Both the position numbers and the translations under genes were made by a program. Shown piece by piece: positions 35,331 to 45,249 of a stretch of DNA of 64,000 nucleotides (within the stretch, counting starts at the first letter, position 1; each line of letters begins with the position of its first letter). Source of the DNA: Chara braunii (Eukaryota; Plantae; Charophyceae); NCBI GenBank assembly GCA_003427395.1, contig BFEA01000003.1, positions 8,803,657 through 8,867,656 on the forward strand, read 5' to 3'. The notes under the pieces were generated by a model. The model searched no databases and was not told where the DNA came from. It saw only the letters and a program-made list of their open reading frames with translations.

Positions 35331-36636
35331 AAAGCAAGCGCTTAGCAGGTTCTGATTGGGCGCACGACGCCTCTCCTCTTCCATTTTGTGCGTTCTTTTT
35401 TTTGGAGGTTTCAACCGGCCCACGCGAATGTTCAAGTACAATCACATAGGAGGTCTAATGTTGTTGTTCTCCGGGACCATGTCCCACTAGCTCCGTTGAG
35501 CTAGGTCATGTCTACGTTTAGTTTTCGACCCTGTGTGACTGTAGGCGGCCACGGAGATGCACTTAGTCCAAGTGATTTAGCGGTCAAATTTTAATAAAAA
35601 GGGAGCAGAGACTACCATCTCTTTTTCTTCCAACAAAAAGAAGGAGAAAATCCTTTCTTTCGAATACTACGCCCCCTACCCTCGTGACTTTCCGTTGAGA
35701 TACATGTCTTCTTTTTCCGAGACAGTCAGCTCAACGACCCTCTTGTTCCCACAAAAGGCATTTTTTTAGAGAAACTGTACGAGCCTCCTTCCGTTTGCCA
35801 TTTCTGGTAAACGTTATGGTTTGTTCGGTTTTCTGGCCACGAAGGCAGGATTCTGGCTAAGTCGATTGATTATATTTTTCGGTTTGTTCGGATGTTTCTG
35901 ACCGTGTGGTACTGTTTTCTTTTCCCGGAATTGGGAAATGTCAGCGTAGCGGTCTGGATTTGGCCATTTTGTGGTTGGACTAATAATTCCCAATGCCTGC
36001 ACCTAAGCTGGTAATGGTCCCAGTAATTTTTGTCCTTGTTTCCGAACTTTCCGGGTTGAGATGTGGAGGGATTCCCGGCCTCCTTTTTCTTGTGCGTTAA
36101 TGAATAAGCTGAGTCTCTTTGTTAAAAAAAATATAATAATAAAAAAAAAAATGAAGAGTTGCCAGAATCCCGTACGAAAATGGCAAATGGAAGGAGGCTC
36201 GTACAGTTTCTCTAGAAAAACGCCTTTTGGGGGAACAAGAGGGTCGTTGAGCTGGCTGTCTCGAAAAAAGGAGACAGCTAGCTGTCATGAGGGTAGGGGG
36301 CGTAGCAATTGAAAGAAAGGATTTACTCCTTTTTGTTGGAAGAAAAAGAGAATATAATCTCTGTTGCCTTTTTTATTAAAATCCGACCGCTAGATCACTT
36401 GGACTAGGTGCATCTCCGTGGCCGCCTACAGTCACACAGGGTCGAAAACTAAAAGTTGACCTAGCTCAACGGAGCTACTGGGACATGGTCCTGGAGAGCA
36501 AACAACATTAGACCTCCTATGTGCTTGTACTCGAACATTGGCGCGGGCCAGTTGAAACCTGGAAAAAAAAAGAACGCACAAAATGGAAGAGGACAGGCGT
36601 CGTGCGCCCAATCAGAACCTGCTAAGCGCTTGCTTT
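35331..36636. mobile_element. Foldback element with ~480-520-bp TIRs
   Basis: 35331-35857 (AAAGCAAGCGCTTAGCAGGTTCTGATTGGGCGCACGACG...) is the reverse complement of 36161-36636. Spacer ~300 bp, non-coding. Confidence 0.9.
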
Positions 36637-36639
36637 GGA

Positions 36640-37400
36640 TGTAGTTCGGGAGCACGGTTCCACTAGCAAAGAGTAAGGTAAACTGTGTCCCACAAACACC
36701 TTTGGGACATCTGCGGGACATCGTCCGACTCCCAAGAATGGGAGGCGGGACAAGAAAATAGAAAGACTCATTTTGATTGGCAGCTCTTCAAAAGATGAAA
36801 AAATCAAGTACTCGAAGAGCATGTTTTTGACCCCCTTCTTTTCCCTGGTCAATTGTTAACCCCGTCTAGTACTTCGATTTTCTCTCAAAATATACGAAAT
36901 GCACGCTTTGGCATGGCAACCGTCAGAGAAGGTTGTCCCATCAAGCACACGAAGGGACTCAGTCACGTACCACTCTGTCCTGATTAGGCATTGGCTGGGT
37001 GGGGAGCAGGGGGACGAGACAGGAGGATTAGTGGGACGGCAGCACTTTCAAAAGCCGGCCTCCTTCCCATCTTGGGAAATGTAAAGTCTCCATTTTTCTT
37101 TTTGTCTCGCCTGGGGAAATAGGGAAAACTTCAAAACTGGCTACTCCTGAAAATTCGGACGCCGGGCCCGACGACAAACGAAACTACTGCCATTGATAAA
37201 TCTGATGGGCGGCTGTCTTTTCCTTTGTCGGGCCTGGCCTCCGAATTTTCAGGAGTAGCCAGTTTTCCCTATTTTCCCATGCGGGAAAGGTACAAAAGGT
37301 TTTTTTCTTCCTTTTCTTACAGTGCCGCACACTGCGCACAGGTCCAAATAGGCCATGACTCGTGTGCTAGTGGAACCGTGCCCCGGATGTGGTTCCATAG
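36640..37400. repeat. Second nested inverted-repeat structure
   Basis: GCACGGTTCCACTAGCA (36651) pairs with TGCTAGTGGAACCGTGC (37365). AAAACTGGCTACTCCTGAAAATTCGGA (37133) pairs with TCCGAATTTTCAGGAGTAGCCAGTTTT (37240). Confidence 0.75.
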
Positions 37401-37814
37401 CTCACCGAATGTGCAGAATGATAATTCTTCCCCTATAGCATGGAAAGACACATATACCTCAGGGCCGTCCTTTCAGGGCCCCTCCAGAGTCCTTCAAAAA
37501 GTCCTGGCATACTATGTATCTGTCCTCAAACTTGACCAAATTCGATACTCCGCTATAGCAGTCCCTCCCAAATTCCGCGCGGCCCACCCGGTCCCAGTCG
37601 GGCCACTCCCACCGCGAATTTTCATGGGCCCGCAACATGCATCACACGATGACCTATCTCCCTTTAGCCGTACACAAGCGGACCCGCTGCGGCGACGCGG
37701 CGATGTCACGGCGCAACAGATGGGAATGAGAGAAGACCAAGAGGATGGTGTGTAGCAGAGGGCATGGAAAGGAAAATAACCATGCCACGCCCGCAAAAAA
37801 AAAACAAAAAAAAA

Positions 37815-38430
37815 ACACCTCCCGTCGTCTGCCCCTCCTCCTCCTCTTCCTTCTACTCTGCCCTTCCTCCCGTCTTTCCTCCTCCTCATCTTGCTCCCGA
37901 TCCTCCTCCTCCCACCCATTGTGTTCCCCCTCCTCTCCGCGCCCCTCCTCCTGCAACGCCTCCCGTTCATCGCCCGCCTTCTCATCGTCTCCCCCCTCCT
38001 CCTTGCATTCCTTTTCGTGGTTCGTTGTCGTCCCCCTCCTCCTCCACTCATCCCGCCCTCCTGCCATTCTTCCTCCTATTTGTCGTCCGCCTCCTCCCAG
38101 TCGTCGTCTTCCCCCGTCTCCTTGCACTCCTTGTGCCACTTGTGCTCCTCCTGTTCGTTGTCCTCCCCGTCCTCCTCCTTTTCCCTCCTCCCGCTCCCCC
38201 TCCTGAGCAAAATGGTATGAACATCCAGCTGGAGCATGGAGAGATGCGCAACATTTTTTTGTCCTTCGTGCATGCGCTCCTACTGTTCGTCGTCCTCCAC
38301 GGTTATCGTTTCCCTCTCTTTCCTCTCGTCATTTCTTCCTTTATTGTTATCATTCTCCTCCTTCCATAGTTGTTCTCGTCCCCCTTTCTCGTTCCTCCTC
38401 CTCCTCCTCCTCCTCCTCCGCCCTCTTGCC
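37815..38430. repeat. Pyrimidine-rich (CCT-like) low-complexity tract
   Basis: Strong C/T strand bias. The overlapping ORFs are compositional artefacts. Confidence 0.9.
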
Positions 38431-38755
38431 TCCTTCACTTTCGAAGCACTGACGGTGCATCTCTCCATGTTCCCGCCAAAGATTCATTGCCATTTTGAAA
38501 ACGGTGTGACAGCTACATCTAATCTCACAACTGAAACAACACAGTCACCTTCTATCATCAGACAGTCAACTACACGGGCATTTCGGACAGCTGCACAGAC
38601 ACCTACAGTGTTCAGGTGTATCTTAGACTGTCAACAACATTGCCAATTCGGGCAGCTGTACAGCTTTGCTAGATGAAGTCTCTAAGTGTGCCGGTACACT
38701 CAACTGTATATCCATTCACACAAACAACTACAATGCTCAGGGACGCTGGACCCGT

Positions 38756-38939
38756 GTTTTTTTTTTTTTTTTTTAATTCAAAACAAAAAAGGGCGACGGC
38801 CTTGAGATATTATCATCGAGCTGACCGGCCCCAAGCAATTCATTTGTAGTCGGTTTTACTCGTCAAGATCCATCATGTGGATTCGAACACAGGTTTGTAT
38901 TTCAACAGTTCATGGGTGTACCCACTGAGCTAGGCTCTT
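38756..38939 (-). mobile_element. Complete tRNA-derived SINE with poly(A) and a 16-bp TSD
   Basis: Minus strand: A box TAGCTCAGTGG, B box GTTCGAATCC, poly(A) at 38757-38774. Flanked by GGGACGCTGGACCCGT (38740-38755) and GGGTCGCTGGACCCGT (38940-38955). Confidence 0.85.
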
Positions 38940-38993
38940 GGGTCGCTGGACCCGTTTTCCAGCAGGTGCTCACACAAACAACTACAATGTTCG

Positions 38994-39084
38994 GGGACGC
39001 TGGACCCGTTTTCCAGCAGGTGCTGCTCCCCACCAATAGATGGAGCCTTCTCGTCAGTGGGGAAAAAAAAAAAAAAAAAAAAAA
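38994..39084 (+). other. Reference copy of the double-pseudoknot 3' cassette followed by poly(A)
   Basis: GGG-AC-GCTGGA-CCC-GTTT-TCCAGC-A-GGTG-CT-GCTCC-C-CACC-AATAGAT-GGAGC, then a ~22-nt A-run. Confidence 0.85.
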
Positions 39085-39149
39085 ACGGCGTGATTCGGGT
39101 TCCTTTTACACCCGGCAAAAGTAAGCAATAGGTGGGCTGGCGCGGCATG

Positions 39150-39152
<3 letters not shown>

Positions 39153-39205
<53 letters not shown>

Positions 39206-39245
39206 AACACACACACACTCACTCACTCACTCACTCACTCACTCA
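39153..39245. repeat. Compound microsatellite (CT)n(CA)n(CACT)n
   Basis: Directly visible in the sequence. Confidence 0.95.
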
Positions 39246-39269
39246 GAGCAGCGTTGTGCGTCGCGACGA

Positions 39270-40015
39270 AAAATATGGCCGTGCATCTCTCCATGTTCCG
39301 GCCAAAGATTCGTTGCCATTTTGGAACCGGGTGAGTCGAGGTTAGCACGCTACGCACTTGTATTCGAACATCAGGCCGCACATACATACCAAACCACGGC
39401 CCGACCATTTCCAATTACCTGTTTATTTTTGTCATTCCAGTATTACCGGGAGCCTCGTGGCAGCCACATGCGGGGACCCCGTAGCGGCCACATCCGTGCT
39501 CAACCAGAACATGCGGGAACATCCTGGAGCTGCACCCACCAGCAGGTGGGCTATACCGGCCAGGGGTCAGCGGGTAGCATCAGGGCCGAGCTTCTTCCAT
39601 GGGTCATGGTGCCTCCCCTCTGGTCCCCTCAACCTATGAACATCAGCGGACTCAGGGACCAACGGCTTGTCTCGACGTGGCGGCCGCCGCGAGGAACGTA
39701 CATGAGGCCAATGGAGATTGAACCCAAGACCTCCTAAAGGCCACTTGCATGCCTTACCAACTGGATCTACGGGCGATTGAACCCAAGACCTCCTAAAGGC
39801 CACTTGCATGCCTTACCAACTGGATCTACGCGCAGCCTTCAAACTCGCATGCAGATGGGTGGGTGGGTGGGTGGGGGGGGAGGGAACACTGGAATTTTTG
39901 TGGGTATCCCTTTGGTAGGCGCCAAGCTTGCCCAGGAAGGTACATGACGCTAATGGAGATTGAACCCAAGACCTCCTGAATGCCACTTGCATGCCTTACC
40001 ATCTAAGCTAAGCGG
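39270..40015 (-). mobile_element. SINE-like element with three tRNA-like heads; body homologous to 13200-13400 (+)
   Basis: Minus-strand heads TAG(ATCCAGTT/CTTAGAT)GGTAAGGCATGCAAGTGGC...GGGTTCAATC at about 39710-39770, 39772-39832 and 39955-40012. Body motif GCCACATCCGTGCTCAA..GGAGCTGCACCCACCAGCAGGTG is also present reversed at 13255-13315. Confidence 0.6.
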
Positions 40016-40841
40016 CTGCATCTACGCGCAAACTCTCACGTGGGGAAAAAAAGAAAACACTGCACTTTTTGTGAGTTTCCTTCTGGCCGGTACCTTATCC
40101 CCGACCATTTCCCAACATAGGGAGCCCGGCCTCGCCGGAGCGTCATGCGAGACCCGCTGTTTCCTTTCCTTTATAAAGAGTACAGAATAGAAAGCGTATA
40201 GAGAGAGAGACTAAAAACAATGAAGAAGTGTCCAGGCATAAGACATGCTCTTTTGTTGCCACAAATCCCATCTTTTGTGACTCTGCAAATGACATTTCTC
40301 CCCCCACCCCCTCTTCAATGCAATAGTCTTCCCTCAAATTCTCTCACATTCATCTTTCACTACCTACCCACCGCTACTCCTAAGGCTATACAAGGGACTC
40401 CTACAAGCATAGCTACGCCACAATGATTTTTTTGCATGTCGCCCCCTGCCCTAACAGCAGTACTCAGGGAGTAGCTCTCACATTCATCTTTCACTACCTA
40501 CCCACCGCTACTCCTAAGGCTATACAGGGGACACCTACAAACATAGCTACCCCACAAAGAATTTTTTGCATGCTGCCCCCTGCACTGACAGCAGTAGTCA
40601 CAGAGAAGGGTGGGGCCGCCGGTGAGGGGCCCGCCCAACACAGAGACCGAGCATTTTGACGGTAGCTGCGCCTCCCTTTCCGTCTTTCCCCACCTCCATA
40701 GAGTATTGTTTTGGAGGATGAAAATGCAATAGAATTTGTTGTTTCCCCTGCCATTGACAGGTAAGGGAGATGGGGCACATGAGGGTCACAAAAGTGGAGG
40801 AGTATGGGCATTCCCAGCAGGGAGAGAGGAGCAGAGGGAAC

Positions 40842-40967
40842 CTGTTGTGCCGGATCTCCAAGCTTTGCAAACTGAAGGAAGATCTCTAAGTTGGCTATGG
40901 CCAGTGGGATATCACCAAGGCCTTGATAAGCCTCAGCCAGTGCACAGCACGCCTTTCCCTCCCCAAC
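40842..40967 (-). CDS. TTC29: Internal coding exon (42 codons) of the TTC29-like gene
   Basis: CAG|GTTGGG acceptor and CAG|GTTCCC donor. Encodes the TPR VGEGKACCALAEAYQGLGDIPLAIANLEIFLQFAKLGDPAQQ. Phase 0/0. Confidence 0.75.
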
Positions 40968-42333
40968 CTGCATGGCAACATTTGATGTCAGTGTCGAGTT
41001 AGCGGTCATGCTTGTTAACCCTTTTTACTTTGGTTTTCAGAAATGGCCACAGTCTTCTGATACCAACAGGTGACCGGGCACAGGTAATTCAGAGTCTTTT
41101 CTATTTTTATAGACAAACATCCATGCAGGACTAACCAATATCCACAGTGATTATAAGAGCAGCCCCCTAGAGTGAGATCCCCCTGTGTAGATGGCTCCAG
41201 TCCTGGCGGGGGGCTACACATGCTGAAAAATGGGTCCAGTGTCCCTGATAACATGTATCTAATACTGCGCATTTGAAGAGCGGCCTTGATTGCCCTCCCT
41301 TGAGGGGATTAACTGCTTCCTTACAATTGTAGCAATGCTCCAAAAACTTCACCCCCAAAACATTCCAATCCCCTTGCTACTTTTCCCCAGATTTGGCAGG
41401 CAGGCAGGCACTTGCTCTTTAGCTGGCAGAACATAAACTCAGGGATTGCAGTTGGTGAATAAGGCAGATCACTGAAAGAACAGACAGAGGACCTGGTTAC
41501 CTGGGTTGAGGAGGGGAGATGTGAGAGTTTTCGGGAGTGAAGGGGCTTAGGCCTGGATCCTGACCCTCTGGGAAGGGTTATGGGGAACAGCAGATTTCCT
41601 CCCAACTGGGCCAGGAGACAGCCAAGTTGAACACCCAGAGTGACAACATCTCTTCCTTTACCAGAGGCGTGAGCGCTAAGAGTGGCTAAACCGGCAAGGC
41701 CCTGTGCCCCACGCCCAACGACTTTGGCAGTCCCAAGTCCAACCAATATGGTTCACGTCACCCTGTACTTCAGTGACTGAAGATGAGTGGGCATCGACCC
41801 TGTACATAGATATGACGAGTGTGTAAGCATGGTCTTAGATCAAGGGAAGCAATAGGCAGAGCAGAAGCAGGCGGCGGGTTTGAGTGAGGAAAAGGATGGG
41901 AGAGTGAGTGGCCAACAACAGGGAGATCACGGGAATGAACAAGGAGTGAGGGGGAGTGAGAGGTGGGTCAACGAGAGAAGGGGAAGCGATCTACAACTGA
42001 TGAGGGGATAGGCGCGAATCAAGGCAATTAATTGAAGGTGGGTGAGCAGGAGGCGAGTCAACATGTCGGCATCAAGGGAAGTGGAGAGAAGAAGACCCAC
42101 AGGTGAGGAGGATGAAAGGGGAGGGATGTTTAGGGGGAAAACAAGAGAGGGAGCGGCTGGTAACGGGCTTTAGCATCTAGAGAGGAGCGGAGACACGTCA
42201 TTTTTTTTTTTTTTTACTTTGGTGCAGGATCCCACTTCAGGAGGTGATAAGAGAAACCACCTTAAGTGGGACCTGCGACAGGCCTATCATATACAAGATA
42301 GCACAACTCTTACATACCACAGGCACACATACT

Positions 42334-42513
42334 ACATAGCTTACGGGCACAATATACAGACACATAGCCTACTGGCACATACACAGCATATGGGCACAAC
42401 ACGCAGCTTACGGGTACAACACGCAGCCTACGGGCACAATACAAAGCCTTATGGGCACAACACATAGCCTACAGGCACATACAGCTTACGGGCACACACG
42501 TACAGCTCACGGG
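42334..42513. repeat. ~20-bp degenerate minisatellite (CAGCCTACGGGCACAACACA)n, ~9 units
   Basis: Recurring AGCYTAYGGGCACA core. Confidence 0.85.
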
Positions 42514-42829
42514 TGGACACACTGTTCACTACAATGCCAGGGGGGGTACTGGTCCTTGCTAGGGGTGTCATAGACTAGATCTGGGCTTGGACGGACTATC
42601 AGATATGCTTGGTAGGGGTTAGGTTCGTATGTGGGGCCGATAGAAACACTGCATGAGCTTGGCGTCTGAAGTACCCGTGAGGCGAGGCTAGCCCGATCAT
42701 GCTTCAACCAGGGCTGGGTGGTCTTCCTGTCTAGCCCTGGTGCATATAACTGTTGTTCGGTCCACGTCTCCTGAAGGTAGTTTTCAAGAGATTGAAGACC
42801 AGTTGGCGGGAAATGCAGTCCAGGAAGAG

Positions 42830-43676
42830 GTGGACTGCGCTAGCGCTAGCGCTATCGCCCTGACGCCGGCGGACCGGTAGGGCCCAGTTGCCCCGGCTAG
42901 ACTAGTGCCCGATGAGGGGAGCTCCTCGGCTGCTAGGCCTGTGCATGTGCCCGACATGCGCACATGGCTCCTTGGTTGTCAAGTGGCACCTGTTGTCTGG
43001 TGACGTGGAGGTCCCCTGATGCGTGGGCAGGGGTGGTGCCAACTGTGAGATTGATAAGCGTTTCTGAAGAATCGTAATAGTGGTGCAGTTCTTTGGGCGA
43101 GAGATGGATGGTGGGGGAGCTACAATGTGGAGTGGAGGACTGGCTGATTACCCTGGAGGAGGGATAACGTGGTGGCTGCAGGCGATTGTGGGGCTGTTGT
43201 CTTCGCGGTGGCAGGAGGGGCCAGAGGTCGAAGGGGGGGCAATCTCATTGGCTGAGTGGTTAGATGACATGGCCGAGGACATGTTGGATATCATCTGGGA
43301 GCTGGAGGAGGGGCTGGATCCCCAGCTCGAAGCCTGCATCGACTGGAGGGGGGCGTATGACATGATGAGAGCCTGCAAAGCCCTCTTCACTAAGGGTCAC
43401 GATCTGCATAACCTGTTGGAGGATTGACAGGAGTTGGGCAAGATGGGCGAGAGGGTTGCAGATTGGAAGCTGATCATGACGGCAGGCGAGAACGAAATGG
43501 AAGGGGCGCAGGCAGCGAAGATGATAACAGCCGCATCGTCAACAACAACTACAACAACAACATCAGCAACGTCAGCAGTGGCGAAGACAACCACGGTAAC
43601 AAAACAACGACAACAATAACAAAAACGACAGCGACGACAACCACAGCGGCGATGGCAGTGGTGACGACAACAGCGA

Positions 43677-43763
<87 letters not shown>

Positions 43764-44563
43764 CGACAACAATAGCGGCAACGGCAGCAACAGCAACAAC
43801 AACAGTGGCAATGACGATGGCTACAGCAACGAGATCAGCAATGATAATGGCAGTAGCAACATCCATACCAGGACAGTGGGCGAGAATTAGGGGTCTGATG
43901 AGGATGATGAGGTGGGGCTTGGGGTTGAATAAGCGTTTTACTATCTTCCCCGCCTTCTGTCCGGTGTTTCTCCCTCTTGATCAGCTCCTCTTCGTCTGGC
44001 ACCGGGTGGGAGTAGGATAGACAATGTCCCCTTCATTGATTGGATTTGTCCGGCCCTCAATTCCCAATCATGATGGGGTTTTGATTGCCCCCCAGGTGGA
44101 AGGTAGGTTGTTTAGGATTTTGTGTGTTGGTTCGACTTGCTTGTTGATGAAAATGTTTTTCGTTAGGTTTAGGCCACAAGGGCAGGAGGTCAATCCTTCC
44201 CTAGCGCTGGGAAGTAATCAATGCCTCTGCTCATTAGGGAGATATGGCAGACACGGTGGAAAGGGACTGTGGCTCCATACGACATATACAGATCTTACGA
44301 ACACATTCACACTGTATTGGATGCTCAGTATGACATCTCCAACACATCATTGTATAGCGATGCTGGACCCGATTTCCAGCTGACACACATCACATTATTG
44401 TATAGGGACGCTGGACCTGGTTTCCAGCAGGTGCAGTTCCCCACCAATAGATGAGCCTTCAACGCTGGGGCCCACTTAATGAGGCCGCTATTATCACCTC
44501 GTTAAGTGGGTTTTCCCACATACGAAGCTCTCTTTACAAAAAAAAAAAAAAAAAAAAAAAAAA
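42830..44563 (+). mobile_element. Poly(A)-tailed non-autonomous retroposon, family W copy 2
   Basis: Same 5' block, IVGLL..WELEEG..IDWR ORF (43080-43427), (GCA)n(ACA)n tract, WHRVGVG*, pseudoknots at 44405-44456, hairpin at 44471-44510, poly(A) at 44538-44563. Confidence 0.8.
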
Positions 44564-44956
44564 GAACCCTGGCGGGGTGATAGTCCTGAGTGATTAACAC
44601 TGAGGTAGGATAATGGCAATAGGGAAGCGCTGGGAGAATTGACGAGAGGATGGGTAGGGAGGTCATCTCACAAATAAAAGATTGTCAGGACAACCAATGG
44701 CTGACTGATGACTGCTACCACTGTATGTCTGGAACCTGGCATCTACAACAACGTGGCCTTTTAATTACCCAAAAAAAAATAAGTGGGACCTTCGAGGAAG
44801 GCTCCATTCCATCTATTGGTGTGGGGCATTACCTGCTGGAAATCCGGTCCAGCGCCCAGTACATTGCAGTATTCAGATCAAGCACAGAGTTATTGAAACC
44901 GAACGGGTGCCCCCTCCTCCCCTCCCTACAGGAAACATCACCCCCATCCACTCCTT

Positions 44957-44991
<35 letters not shown>

Positions 44992-45249
44992 CTCCGTGTA
45001 CTTGAAGAACGGCTGGCAAACCCCCACGCCCTCCCCTCCAAGGCGCTGCCCTGTCTAATTCTGCCAAGCTCAAGACCTGGCCAGGCCGCACGCAGAATTG
45101 GAAAGTACAGCGCAGCCAGCTGCAGATGTGAGAGCCAAATAGTCGGGAAAAGGCCTACTGGCTGCTCGTTAGTGAGACAGATTCCCTGTTCCATTATATC
45201 ACTACAGAAAGGCAAGAGGCATTCATTATTTCCCCAAAAGGAAGCATTG

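Noticed and set aside
38994-39046. Pseudoknot cassette as an HDV-like or twister ribozyme
   Set aside because: I could not fit the nested P1/P1.1/P2/P3/P4 HDV topology or the twister core on either strand; kept as a structured element of unknown function.
39438-39446. CRESS-virus nonanucleotide CAGTATTAC
   Set aside because: Weak flanking stem, not conserved in the homologous copy at about 13335, and no Rep ORF.
39955-40015. Functional tRNA genes at A/B-box sites (5150-5212, 38870-38935, 39710-40015)
   Set aside because: No convincing cloverleaf or anticodon arm; attached to bodies and tails, so interpreted as SINE heads.
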